From NCBI GenBank assembly GCA_963705165.1, contig CAVPJD010000009.1, positions 32,001 to 96,000 of the forward strand: a stretch of 64,000 nucleotides of DNA, written 5' to 3'. Positions within the stretch are counted from its first letter, which is position 1. The number at the start of each line of letters is the position of its first letter. This document shows positions 38,878 through 48,932 of the stretch, piece by piece. The DNA comes from an uncultured delta proteobacterium. Lineage in GTDB: Bacteria > Desulfobacterota > Syntrophia > Syntrophales > UBA2192. The position numbers and the translations under genes are program-made. The notes below the pieces were generated by a model that ran no database searches, was not told where the DNA came from, and was given only the letters and a program-made list of their open reading frames with translations.

Positions 38878-39582
38878 ATGAAAACCGGTCAAAAACTGGA
38901 CAGGCGAGAATTCCTTGAACGGGCTGGCGGTTTGGCTGGACTGTTGGCGTTGGGAGCACTCGCATCGCCTGCCCTGGTTCAGGCGGGCGATACCGGCCGT
39001 CAGCCGGTCAAGGGGGACCCGGCCCGTACCCGGAAGATTCTGGACGAGATGGAATCGAAGATCGGCCGTTACTGGAGCACCCCCCGTAAGGATGCCGAAT
39101 TTCTCAATCTCATGGTGAAGGCAACCCGTGCAGTCAATGTCCTCGAAGTGGGTACGTCCCAGGGTTACTCGGCGATCTGGATGGGGCTTGCCCTGGAAGA
39201 AACGGGTGGCCGGCTGACGACGATCGAAATCGACACGGGACGCCACGCACTGGCGCAAAAAAATGTCAGGGAGGCAGGGCTTGCCGGGCGGGTCACGCTG
39301 ATCCGGGGAGATGCCCACCGGGAGATTGCGGGGCTCAAGGGTCCTTTCGATTTCGTGTTCCTCGATGCCGACAAGGAAGGGCAGATGGATTATTTCAAAA
39401 AGATCTACCCGGAGAATCTTACCCGGGGCGGGATGATCGCCTTACACAACGCCATCTCCGAGGCCGCCGACATGACAGATTATACAGACATGATCCGCAG
39501 GCACCCCGATTTCGACACGGTCGTCGTCAGCGCCACGATGGGGGACGGCATCTGTCTGAGTTATCGCCATCGGGCTGCGTGA
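38878..39582 (+). CDS. SAM-dependent O-methyltransferase (COMT/CCoAOMT-like) with twin-arginine signal
   Basis: DRREFL...A.A Tat signal; VLEVGTSQGYS, FDFVFLDADK. Confidence 0.9.
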   Translation: MKTGQKLDRREFLERAGGLAGLLALGALASPALVQAGDTGRQPVKGDPARTRKILDEMESKIGRYWSTPRKDAEFLNLMVKATRAVNVLEVGTSQGYSAIWMGLALEETGGRLTTIEIDTGRHALAQKNVREAGLAGRVTLIRGDAHREIAGLKGPFDFVFLDADKEGQMDYFKKIYPENLTRGGMIALHNAISEAADMTDYTDMIRRHPDFDTVVVSATMGDGICLSYRHRAA

Positions 39583-39646
39583 CTGAAAGACTTGCATAAA
39601 AAGCCCCTCGCTCCGGAGAGGCTTTTTATTTCATGTCCGGATCAGA

Positions 39647-41140
39647 TCAGAACTTCATGATGTTCGGGGCGTCGCCCCCGGGGCTCACACGCCCTTTCTT
39701 CCCCACGAATTCCTCCTTCTCCATGGCCCGGAACAAATCGGGGTCCTTCCCGGTCATGGCCCAGCAACGCTCGCCATTCTCCAGGCGGGCGACGAGGACC
39801 GCGTAGTCGGGCTCGCCCTTGCGGTCGTGCATGACCGTGTAGGCCTCCACCGTGGCCGTGCCCTTCGGGGCCATGTTCAGCGTCGGTGCCTGCCGGGCTT
39901 CGAGTTTCTTTTGAAGTCCCGCCTGGCCCTTGCGGTCCCAGGGCCGGCCAGGCTCCTGCCCGCTGTAAATACCAGCCGAAAACTTGGTGAAGTACCAACC
40001 CAGGGCGGAGATGAAGGCGAACGCTTCGGGACGATTCCTCAATCTTTCCACGGCCTCTACAATGGCGTGCAGGGTGTAGCTGTTCCCGGGGCCGCCGAAG
40101 TAGGCAAGCCCCCCCGTAATGGTCAGAGGCGGGAGCTTTTCGAGGTCCAGGCCAAGCTCGCGGGCCTGCAGCAGGGTGGCGCTGGGGAAGCAGCTGTAGA
40201 GATCGAAGAGAGCCATCTCGCCGATTTCCCTGCCCGCCATCGAGAGACATGCGGAGGACACCTCGCGCACCACCGGGCTCGAGTTGAAATCGCTGCGCTC
40301 CGAGAGAAACCACTTGTCCGTGCCATCGGCCCCGCCGTGGAGGTAGACCCACTTGTCTTTAGGGATTCCGAGCTTTCTGGCCGTGTCGGTTCCCATCATG
40401 ACGGCGGCGGCGGCCTGGTTGACGTTCATGATGGGGTTCATGTACTTCGTGTAGGGAAAGTTCACCATCCGGTTTCGCTGCGTCACGGTCCCGATCTCGT
40501 CTCCCGTCCGGGCCTTCCGGAACCACGCGCGGGGGTTTTCCGAGGCGATCTTCGAGAACCCCGCGCAGTACTCGGCAAGAAAGGCCCGGTTTTCATCGAT
40601 GCTCATCCCCCGGGCAGCCCGTAATGCATTCTCGTAGAGGGGGTAGATCTCGAGGGGATAGCGGGCGTGGTGCAGCATCTCGTGCGGCGTGGAGCCCCAC
40701 CGCGTATCGCCCACCATCTCGAGGCCTCCCGAGGCGGCCAGATCCTGCAGCCAGTTGTCGCGCGTCTCGGGCGGGGCGTTGTGCATGGCCTCGGCCCCCA
40801 CGAGAACCGCAACGGAGATCTCGCCCCGGGCGATCCGGTCTGCCGTCCGGTTGACGAGCCACTGGGGCGTGTTGCCGCCGATCGCCGTGTATTCGCGGAC
40901 GCGCGGCTGAATCCCCAGCATCTCGCAGAAAAGCCCCGCCGGGTCCGCATAGCCGTGCGAGAACATGTTGATGACGGTCACCGTGTCGGCATGGCCGAGG
41001 ACAGCGGGACAGCGGCAGTCCTCCACGGCGGATTCCACGGCGATCTTCCCCAGCTGCAGGGGATGCAGGAAATCGGAATGCTCTTCGGGATGGTAGGTGA
41101 TCTGTCCGATGCCGACGATCACCGGATGGACGACAGGCAT
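39647..41140 (-). CDS. Acetyl-CoA acetyltransferase (thiolase-like) with C-terminal OB-like domain
   Basis: PVIVGIGQ, GGNTPQ, PYTK, DLYSCFP, TITGGLAYFGGPGNSY, EAYTV. Confidence 0.88.
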   Translation of the reverse strand: MPVVHPVIVGIGQITYHPEEHSDFLHPLQLGKIAVESAVEDCRCPAVLGHADTVTVINMFSHGYADPAGLFCEMLGIQPRVREYTAIGGNTPQWLVNRTADRIARGEISVAVLVGAEAMHNAPPETRDNWLQDLAASGGLEMVGDTRWGSTPHEMLHHARYPLEIYPLYENALRAARGMSIDENRAFLAEYCAGFSKIASENPRAWFRKARTGDEIGTVTQRNRMVNFPYTKYMNPIMNVNQAAAAVMMGTDTARKLGIPKDKWVYLHGGADGTDKWFLSERSDFNSSPVVREVSSACLSMAGREIGEMALFDLYSCFPSATLLQARELGLDLEKLPPLTITGGLAYFGGPGNSYTLHAIVEAVERLRNRPEAFAFISALGWYFTKFSAGIYSGQEPGRPWDRKGQAGLQKKLEARQAPTLNMAPKGTATVEAYTVMHDRKGEPDYAVLVARLENGERCWAMTGKDPDLFRAMEKEEFVGKKGRVSPGGDAPNIMKF

Positions 41141-41234
41141 GAGCGACTCCCCCCTTTCAGACCCTGACCGGAACCTCTCTACCACGTGCAGGCGGCTCGA
41201 TCAAGACCGCAACGGAAAAAATGCACGGGGCGGC

Positions 41235-41588
41235 TCAGCGGGCGAGGGGGCCGTTGGCAAGCAGGTGCAGCTGCCAGGAGATGACGCCCACGAAGAGCAG
41301 GGCCGTGCCGGCAAGGATCATCCGGAAGATCCTTAACCGGCTGTAGAGACAGATCAGGACGAGCAGGGAGGAGACGGCAGTCACTTTCCAGATCCAGAAA
41401 CGGTCGCCGTAGGCGTCGATGGCCGCCCGGACCACCGGGTTGCACTCGGTGCCCCCCGTGGCGAGGATCACCTGCGTGAAGATGACATCGAGGATGTTCA
41501 GCCCGGCCACCAGGACGACAAGCGAAACGAGCCCGACGCCGTATTCAAACTGATGCAGGTCTTCCCTGGATGCCTTCATCGGTTTCAC
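41235..41588 (-). CDS. DUF5658-like membrane protein (paralog of 8863-9294)
   Basis: LNILDVIFT.VILATGGTECNPV...FWIWK. Confidence 0.7.
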   Translation of the reverse strand: MKPMKASREDLHQFEYGVGLVSLVVLVAGLNILDVIFTQVILATGGTECNPVVRAAIDAYGDRFWIWKVTAVSSLLVLICLYSRLRIFRMILAGTALLFVGVISWQLHLLANGPLAR

Positions 41589-41780
41589 CCTGTTTATTTA
41601 ATCGGGTAATCCGGTCAAGACCTTGAGATCTTCTTTCCGTATAAATCTCTTAACATCCGAGCGGATAGAATTTCCAAAAATATTTTGCGGGTTATATTCC
41701 ATCGGATATCAAACGGCAGGCCGTCATGTTGTCCCGGAAATTCTCATTGACAGGAAGACTTTATTTTCATATCTCAACAA

Positions 41781-41792
41781 TTGATATATCAA
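41781..41792. promoter_or_regulatory. Putative MarR operator
   Basis: Perfect palindrome TTGATATATCAA 33 nt upstream of marR. Confidence 0.55.
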
Positions 41793-41825
41793 ATATTATA
41801 CTATCAACCAAACGGGCAGGATCTC

Positions 41826-42251
41826 ATGCAGGATGACAGGCTGATATACATGCTCGCCATGGCTCATCTGGCCGTGAGGGCTCACATCGGCAGCGAGTTC
41901 CTGAAAGAGGGGGTCAAGGTCACCTTGCCCCAGGCGACAGTTCTCTTTCTTCTGCAGGAAAAGGACGGGCGGATGCTGTCCGAAATCGGCCAGGTGATCG
42001 GTGTGGACAACTCTGCCGTCACGGGTCTTGCCGATCGGATGGAGAAGGCGGGTTACGTCACCCGGGAAACCAAACCAGGGGACCGCAGGGTCTGGCACCT
42101 CCACCTCACGCCGAAAGGCAGGGGCGAGGCTCAAAAGGCATCCGGTGTCGTCGGTCGGGTGAATGCGGAGGCCAGAGCAGGTTTCTCCGCGAAGGATATC
42201 GACGCATTCAAGCGTGTGCTGAAAGGTTTCTCCGAAAAATTCAGGAAATAA
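41826..42251 (+). CDS. MarR family regulator
   Basis: T..Q..VL, S.VTGL.DRMEK.GYV.R, DRR...L.LT.KG. Confidence 0.92.
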   Translation: MQDDRLIYMLAMAHLAVRAHIGSEFLKEGVKVTLPQATVLFLLQEKDGRMLSEIGQVIGVDNSAVTGLADRMEKAGYVTRETKPGDRRVWHLHLTPKGRGEAQKASGVVGRVNAEARAGFSAKDIDAFKRVLKGFSEKFRK

Positions 42252-42270
42252 CCCATGCCGGGAGGTGAAT

Positions 42271-43044
42271 ATGGAAAAGGAGCAGATCCGAAAATACGGC
42301 CAGGACCTCGGGGTGGATGCCGTCGGCTTTGTCGCCCTCGAGGACTACAAATCCCCCAAGTCGCCGGACCCGAAAAGCTATCTGCCGAAGGCACGAACCA
42401 TCATCGTGCTCGCCCACCGTATGATCGACGGGGCCCTCGACAGCAAGAATCCGCGGTTCAACATCGCGGGCCGCATGGCGGTGATGGACACCTCGAAGAG
42501 CCACCTCTACCTCATGGCCCGTCTCATCGAGGGGCGGACGGGAAAGAAGGCCTCGCCGATCCTCTCCTCGTACCCCCTCGACATGGAGGCCCCGACGCTG
42601 GGCCTTGTGGGCGACATCTCACTGAGGCACGCGGCTGTTGCATCGGGCCTCGGCGTCTTCGGCCGGCACAACCTCACGATCCACCCTCGCTTCGGGTCCC
42701 GGCTGAGCTTCACGGGGCTCCTCACGGAGCTTCCTCTCGCCTCGGATGAGCCCCTCAAGGAAGAGCTGTGCAACGACTGCGGCCTCTGCGTCGATGCCTG
42801 CCCGGGGAAGGCGCTCGAAACGGAGGGGCAGAACGGAAGACTGAAGTGCCTGAAGGCGTCCCAGCCCTTCGGGATCCCGGGCCTGTACGGCTATCTCCGG
42901 AAGTTCATCGGGAAAACGCCGGAGGAACAGCAGGCGCTCCTCAAGGACCCGATGCTCATGAGCCTCTATCAGGCATCCTTCATCGGCTTCCAGTACACCT
43001 GCTTCAACTGCATCGCCGTCTGCCCCATCGGCGAGATGTGCTGA
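42271..43044 (+). CDS. QueG/reductive-dehalogenase-like 4Fe-4S (probably cobalamin) protein
   Basis: G.D.VGF, SLRHAAVASGLG.FGR, HPRFGSRL, CNDCGLCVDACP, C...CFNCIAVCP. Confidence 0.85.
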   Translation: MEKEQIRKYGQDLGVDAVGFVALEDYKSPKSPDPKSYLPKARTIIVLAHRMIDGALDSKNPRFNIAGRMAVMDTSKSHLYLMARLIEGRTGKKASPILSSYPLDMEAPTLGLVGDISLRHAAVASGLGVFGRHNLTIHPRFGSRLSFTGLLTELPLASDEPLKEELCNDCGLCVDACPGKALETEGQNGRLKCLKASQPFGIPGLYGYLRKFIGKTPEEQQALLKDPMLMSLYQASFIGFQYTCFNCIAVCPIGEMC

Positions 43045-43141
43045 AAATCTGAACGGTTTGCAGCGGGGCAAAATACGCCAAAAATGAAAGCCCCTCTCGC
43101 CGGAGGGGCTTTTTGCGTTCAGATCGGTGGGGGCTTTGCGA

Positions 43142-43660
43142 TCAGTGAGCTCTCGTCTGCTTGCCTGCCTTTCGCCTGCGCATCCTTCTCAGCAATCGGA
43201 CCCAGGGGCTCCATCGGGACTGTTTCACACACCCGCCGTGGAGCGCCCGTTCGACCCGGTCAAAGGCATCCTCGATCAGGGCGTCATGCATAGGTCCGAT
43301 CAGGACGCGCCACTTCGCCCACATCCGGAGATCGCAGTCGGCATCGACGACATGTCTGATAACGGCACAGTCCCGCCGGGGAACCACTTCAAAAAAATGC
43401 CGGCCGTCGAGGCCGCCGGTGAGACCGTCGCCGTCAAACTGGAACACGACCCTGCGGCCCGGCATATACTCCGTCACGCGGTATCGCACGGGGCCGTGGC
43501 CGCCTCTGGCCCCTTCCCGGAGCGCGGTGTCGAACTGCATCGGGGGCCAGTTGTCCCCGGGCCACAGTTGATCGGCGGGTCCGGAAAGTGTGTCGAGGGT
43601 TGCCCCGACATCGGTAACGGATGCCTGAATTTTCCTTTCGTGCCTGTTGTATATCTTCAT
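43142..43660 (-). CDS. SRPBCC family protein
   Basis: LWP...WPPM.FD, GGHGPVRY.V..Y.PG, W...I.P.HDALIED. Confidence 0.8.
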   Translation of the reverse strand: MKIYNRHERKIQASVTDVGATLDTLSGPADQLWPGDNWPPMQFDTALREGARGGHGPVRYRVTEYMPGRRVVFQFDGDGLTGGLDGRHFFEVVPRRDCAVIRHVVDADCDLRMWAKWRVLIGPMHDALIEDAFDRVERALHGGCVKQSRWSPWVRLLRRMRRRKAGKQTRAH

Positions 43661-44235
43661 GTGTCTCCTCTTATGATGGCCAGATAGGTTTCACGAATGA
43701 GATCATCGACGATGCCGGGTGGCGGTTGCCCTTCCTGAAGGTGCTGCCTGACGGCCGCGAGCGGCACATCGACGAGGGCAAAGGTGGCTCGGCGCAGCGT
43801 TTCTTTCGTGAGGCTCCCGAAACGCTTTTCCACAAAGGACCGGATTCCTGAATCCAGCTCCCGGGACAGGTTTACAATTTGATCCCTCAGGTGCTCCGGC
43901 CAATCCCCGGAGAGCAGATCTTCACGCCGGTACAGGAGCAACAAGCGGCCCTCGTTCGGGTGCTCGCGAACCCAGTTCACGGTGTGAAGCGATGCAAGAA
44001 GCCCGTTGCACGCCAGGGCCGCGAGAAATCCCTGCTGAAAGGACTCCACAACCCTGATCCACATCTCCGCAAGAAGCACATCACGGGATGGAAAACGGTG
44101 ATAGACGGAGCCAATCGGGGCCTTCATGCCGCTTGCCAGTGCCGCAACCGTGAGGGCGCCAGGCCCTCTTTCGACGACCACCCTCAAGGCCGCATCCATG
44201 AATTCGTCGCGTTTGAAATGTGCTTTCCTTCCCAT
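43657..44235 (-). CDS. TetR family regulator
   Basis: LTVAALA....APIGSVYHRFPSRD HTH; palindrome TAGAA-N6-TTCTA at 44251-44266. Confidence 0.9.
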   Translation of the reverse strand: MGRKAHFKRDEFMDAALRVVVERGPGALTVAALASGMKAPIGSVYHRFPSRDVLLAEMWIRVVESFQQGFLAALACNGLLASLHTVNWVREHPNEGRLLLLYRREDLLSGDWPEHLRDQIVNLSRELDSGIRSFVEKRFGSLTKETLRRATFALVDVPLAAVRQHLQEGQPPPGIVDDLIRETYLAIIRGDT

Positions 44236-44408
44236 GATGAACATCAATACTAGAACATATATTCTAATTGCAAGAAAAATTTCATGTGAACTTTAACAGT
44301 TTAATTTAGATGGTTTACTGAGGTGGAAGCTCCATGATCGGCCCAGGCTATTGCAGATGAGCTCCGCGTCATGGAAAATGGAACGTGGACAGAGGGGGCA
44401 AGGAAAAA

Positions 44409-45335
44409 CTAAGTCGTGGCTTTCTTGGCCTGCCAGCGGGATTTGAAGAAGAAGTAGCCTACGATGACAAACGTAGCCAGGGGCGTGAGCCACTCGGGCA
44501 CGTGGTACCGGAAGCCGTGGGCGAGCATCACGCAGCCCAGGACGAAGACGGAGTACATGGCGCCGTTTTTGAGGTAGACGTATTTCTTGATCCTGTCCAC
44601 GCCGTAGACCGTGAGCTGCCGGACTACGATGGCGCCGATCCCGTTTCCCAGCAGGATCAGGGGCACCGACAGGGTGAAGGCGAAAGCCCCCACGACGCCG
44701 TCGATGGAAAAGGTCAGGTCGATCACCTCCAGGTAGAGGATCTTGCCGATGTCGGACATGTGCGCTTCGCCGGAAAGCATGCGCGCCTCCTGCTCCTCGG
44801 CGTAGCGCTTGAAGCCGTGGGTGATGAAGAAGGCCGACGAGCCCACGACGGCCCCGAAGGCCAGCATCGGGCTGTCGTCCAGGGCATGCCAGACGATGAC
44901 AGCAAGCGCAATCGAGACGACGGCGTAGAACCAGGCCCCCTGGCGGGCGATGAAGCGCTCGCCGGGGAGCCCGTATTTTTTCGGCTCGAGAAAAATCCAG
45001 TGAAAGAAAAGAAAAACGAAAAAGACCCCGCCCCCCATGAGCAGGACGGGAGAGCTGTCCTGGATGGCCTTGAGGGCTGCCGGGTCGCCGGTGAGACTCG
45101 CCGTAAAGGCATCCCAGGGCCCCAGACCCGGAGTCATGACCCAGACGATGAGCCAGGGCAGAACCCCGCGGACGAGGAAGACGGCAATAAAAATCCCCCA
45201 GGTGAGAAACCACCTTCTCGCACGGGCCTGCATGGTCTGCAGGACCTCGGCGTTGATGATTGCGTTATCGATGCTGGTGATCGACTCGAAGAGGGCCAAG
45301 CCAAGAACGATGAAGACGGCGGAGGTGATATCCAT
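44409..45335 (-). CDS. DUF475/TerC-like membrane protein
   Basis: FESITSIDNAIINA, FLTWGI, YLEVIDLTFSIDGV.GAFA, YLKNGAMY. Confidence 0.9.
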   Translation of the reverse strand: MDITSAVFIVLGLALFESITSIDNAIINAEVLQTMQARARRWFLTWGIFIAVFLVRGVLPWLIVWVMTPGLGPWDAFTASLTGDPAALKAIQDSSPVLLMGGGVFFVFLFFHWIFLEPKKYGLPGERFIARQGAWFYAVVSIALAVIVWHALDDSPMLAFGAVVGSSAFFITHGFKRYAEEQEARMLSGEAHMSDIGKILYLEVIDLTFSIDGVVGAFAFTLSVPLILLGNGIGAIVVRQLTVYGVDRIKKYVYLKNGAMYSVFVLGCVMLAHGFRYHVPEWLTPLATFVIVGYFFFKSRWQAKKATT

Positions 45336-45404
45336 TTTTGTTTTCCAGGTGTTGTTCAGAACAGTAACGGCACATGGAAAGGATAAGGGGCAACGCGTCG
45401 ATCG

Positions 45405-45728
45405 TCAAGCCAAAAGACCTTTTCTCGCCGCCTTGAACCGGCTCACCATCCGCCGGAGAGCCGGCAAGAAGGACCATTCAGAGCCGAGGAGATCGCCCTT
45501 TCCCCCCGATATTGCACAAGAGGATTCCTCGAGGGCGCTGATCAGGACCATGCCGGGCTGGTCGATAGAAAAGTCCTCGCCCGCCTGGATCAGATGATCC
45601 CCCGGAGTGCCCGTCTGGGTCAGCCACAAAACCCCTTTCCTGCACGAGACGACCCTGCCCGCAACATCCCTGTCCAGCCGGATCATCTCCTCGCGGCACA
45701 GCCTGTGTGTTTCCTCTGATTTCAGCAT
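45405..45728 (-). CDS. DUF2917 family protein
   Basis: C..G.LWLTQ.G.PGD.LI.AG; divergent from MocR regulator. Confidence 0.8.
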   Translation of the reverse strand: MLKSEETHRLCREEMIRLDRDVAGRVVSCRKGVLWLTQTGTPGDHLIQAGEDFSIDQPGMVLISALEESSCAISGGKGDLLGSEWSFLPALRRMVSRFKAARKGLLA

Positions 45729-45960
45729 TGACCCCTCTACGTTTTGAGATGTGGTTGGACCGGCGGGCTTCTCTGCAAGTTCCACCGTTGACGGAATCGA
45801 GTATAGGCCCAACGAGGAAAGGACAACAGATTCAGCAATTGAATTTGTTTGGCAAACAGATGTGGATTTTTACAACTGTTATGGTAATAAAACATTTCAA
45901 CTGTGTCTTCCCGGTTTCTGCGGGGAACCCTATGATTCATTGCAAGAAAGGGATTTGGGC

Positions 45961-47388
45961 ATGAAAATAAAAGCGAATGCTCTCTACGAGGAAGTGGCCG
46001 GAAAGTTGGATCATCTCATCCGGCACGGCACTTACCGGACGGGCGACAGGATCCCGTCGATCCGGGACATCAGCCGCTCCATGAAGGTGAGCATCTCGAC
46101 GGCGCTCGAGGCCTATCGCCTCCTGGAGGTGAGGGGGCTCATCGAGGCTCGCCCCCAGTCGGGCTATTACGTCTCGCCGCCGCTGCTGAAACCGGTCTCG
46201 GAGCCGCAGCTCTCCAGGGCGGAGATGAAGCCCGCCGAAGCGAGCATAGGCGAGATCGCACGAGTCATCGTGAAGGACGCCGCCAACCCGGCTTATTTCA
46301 ACCTCGGCATGGCGACACCCAACGTGGCTCTGCTGCCCGCGAAAAAGCTCAACCGGATCCTTGCCTCCGTCGTGCGGATGAAGGACGCAACGAGCGTCTC
46401 CTACATCTTCTCGAACGGCTACGAGCCACTGCGCATACAGATCGCCCAGCGGGCGATCCAGGCCGGCTGCCCGCTGACCCCCGACGAGGTCATCGTCACC
46501 ACGGGCTGCCACGAGGCGATCGCCATAACGCTTCGGGCCCTGTGCCGGCCCGGGGACGCCGTGGCCATCGAGTCGCCCTTCTTCTTCAACCACCTGCAGG
46601 CCATGGCTGCCATGGGGTTGAAAATCGTGGAGATTCCCTCGAGCCCGAAAGAGGGGATCAGCCTGGAGGCCCTGGGCTACGCCCTTGAGCAGACGCCCGT
46701 GAAGGCCTGCCTGGTGAGCGCAAACTACAGCAACCCGACGGGAAGCTGCATGCCCGATCACCGCAAGAAGGCCCTGGTGAAGATGCTTGCCGAAAAGCAG
46801 ATCCCTCTTATCGAGGACGATATCTACGGCGATCTGTCCTTTTCCGATACGCGCCCCCGGGCGGCGAAATCTTTCGATCAAGAGGGGCTCGTCGTCCTCT
46901 GCTCGTCCTTCTCGAAGACTCTTGCACCGGGGTACCGGGTTGGCTGGGTCGCCCCCGGCCGCTATCAAAGGGAGATCGAGCACCAGCGAATGATCAACAC
47001 GCTTGCCCCAGCCTCGCCCACACAGATGGCCGTTGCCGAATTCCTGGCCAGCGGGGGCTACGAGCGCCACCTGCGCAAGGTGAGGCGGATCTACGAAAAG
47101 CAGCTGGGGCGGATGCTCGAGGCCGTCCGCCGGCTCTTCCCCGAGGGGACGAAAACGACCCGTCCCGACGGCAGCTTCATCTTCTGGGTGGAGCTTCCCG
47201 CGAGCGTGAATTCTCTGGAGATGTTCCAAAAGGCGAGAGAAAAAGGGATTTCGATTGCGCCCGGCCCGATCTTCTCGAATTCGGGCAAGTACCTGAATTT
47301 CCTGAGGCTTAACGCCGCCCACTTCTCGCCGAAAGTCGAGGGGGCCCTCGAGACGGTGGGCAGCCTGGCACTGGAACAGGTACCCTGA
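45961..47388 (+). CDS. MocR/GntR PLP-dependent aminotransferase-like regulator
   Basis: G.RIPSIR HTH, ARPQSGYYV, NPTG, IEDDIY, SSFSKTLAPGYRVGW; CAACTGT repeats at 45873 and 45898 upstream. Confidence 0.93.
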   Translation: MKIKANALYEEVAGKLDHLIRHGTYRTGDRIPSIRDISRSMKVSISTALEAYRLLEVRGLIEARPQSGYYVSPPLLKPVSEPQLSRAEMKPAEASIGEIARVIVKDAANPAYFNLGMATPNVALLPAKKLNRILASVVRMKDATSVSYIFSNGYEPLRIQIAQRAIQAGCPLTPDEVIVTTGCHEAIAITLRALCRPGDAVAIESPFFFNHLQAMAAMGLKIVEIPSSPKEGISLEALGYALEQTPVKACLVSANYSNPTGSCMPDHRKKALVKMLAEKQIPLIEDDIYGDLSFSDTRPRAAKSFDQEGLVVLCSSFSKTLAPGYRVGWVAPGRYQREIEHQRMINTLAPASPTQMAVAEFLASGGYERHLRKVRRIYEKQLGRMLEAVRRLFPEGTKTTRPDGSFIFWVELPASVNSLEMFQKAREKGISIAPGPIFSNSGKYLNFLRLNAAHFSPKVEGALETVGSLALEQVP

Positions 47389-47400
47389 ACGGAAAAAAGG

Positions 47401-47421
47401 AAAAGGGGACTGTCCCCTTTT
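47401..47421. repeat. Palindrome AAAAGGGGAC-T-GTCCCCTTTT (REP-like or terminator)
   Basis: Perfect 10-bp inverted repeat after the MocR gene. Confidence 0.55.
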
Positions 47422-47553
47422 CCTGGGCCGGACGGTTTCGGATTTCCGGGGTTTTGTGTTATAAAAACGAGAATTGACAGGACGTGATCTTCCCCATATG
47501 CTCACAACCCTGGCGTGAGCCTCATCAAACGATTTAGTGAACGGGGGGCATCG

Positions 47554-48802
47554 ATGAAAATAGAGATTCCTTATGGTGACGGGATCGACACGGTGGAGCT
47601 GGCTGACGGCAACGTCGAGCAGGTCATTATTCCCAATACGGTCAAGACCGCCGATGAGATGGAAACGCTCCGGGGCGCCATATTCCACCCGCTCAAGTCG
47701 CCGGGCATCGAAGCCTTCCTGAAGGACAGCGCAAACATTCTCCTCGTCGTCAACGACGCAACCCGCCCGACGCCGACAGGAAGGGTCCTCGAGATCATCT
47801 ACCCGTTGCTGAAAGGCAAAAATTTCAAGGTGATCATCGCGACGGGAAGCCACCGGGCGCCGACGGAGGAGGAGTACGATTTTATCTTCGGGAAGCTCTA
47901 CGGGAAACTGAAGGACCGCATCCATGTCCACGATGCCAAAAAGAGCGAGTGCTTCTCCCTCGGGAAAACGAGACACGGCAACGAGATGATGCTGAACACG
48001 CTCGTCAGGGAGGCCGATGCCATCATCCCGATCGGGAGCATCGAGCCGCACTACTTTGCCGGATACACCGGAGGCCGCAAGTGCTTCATGCCCGGGGTAG
48101 CCAGCTACGACTTCATCACGGCCAATCACAGGCTGGCCATTTCCCAGGCCGCCCAGGCCATGGTCCTGAAGGGCAACCCCGTTGCGGAGGAGTTCGACGA
48201 CGCCGAAAAACTCCTTGAAAAACTCAAGATCTTCGCGATCATGACCGTCCTGGACGGCGAGCACCGGGTTTACGCCGCGGCAGCCGGGGACCTGAAGGAA
48301 TCCTTCTACTCGCTTGCTTGCGAAGGCCGATGAGGTCTTCGTCGTCCCGATCACGCGGCTGGCCGAGATCGTCGTGACCGTTGCCCAGGAGCCCAACGAC
48401 ATCGACCTCTACCAGTCGCAGAAGGCCCTGGACAACGGGAAGACCGCTTTGAAGGACGGCGGGATCATCATCCTGGTTTCCGCGTGCCGCAGCGGGATCG
48501 GGTCGCAGGCGTTCATGGACTTGCTCAGCTCCGAGACGAGCTGCAAGGCCGTCATCGACAAGCTGGACCGGGAATACAAGCTGGGCTACCACAAGGCAGG
48601 CAAGATGGCCGAGATCGGCGTGAAGGCCCAGATGTGGGCCGTCACCCCCCTGGACAAAAACCTGATCAGCAAGGCCCACATGCGACCCTTTGAAAGCGTC
48701 TCCGAGGCCCTGAAAGAGGCCCTCAAGGAAAAAGGCCCCGGCGCGAAGGTCACCTTCATCATGGACGGGGGGATGACGATCCCGAGACTGACCGCGCCGT
48801 AG
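47554..48802 (+). pseudogene. larA: Nickel-pincer lactate racemase LarA family, frameshifted near 48315 (ORFs 47554-48333 and 48314-48802)
   Basis: NDATRPTPT, ATGSHR, PHYFAGYTGGRK in part 1; DIDLYQSQKA, GG.IILVS.C in part 2; +1 frame offset. Confidence 0.8.
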
Positions 48803-48818
48803 GGGCGGACAAGTTCCG

Positions 48819-48847
48819 TTGACAGAAAAGTCCGGTTCCCTTACAAT
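48819..48847 (+). promoter_or_regulatory. sigma70 promoter for glcD/F-like genes
   Basis: TTGACA-N17-TACAAT. Confidence 0.7.
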
Positions 48848-48932
48848 GCACAGTCTCAAAAAGGCAATCCTGTCGAATGCGCTGCTATCAGGATAAGACC
48901 GTCAGATAAGATCCTCACGGGAGGCAAGCAGT

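Noticed and set aside
45937..48402. 821-aa minus-strand ORF
   Set aside because: Antisense to the MocR and larA genes.
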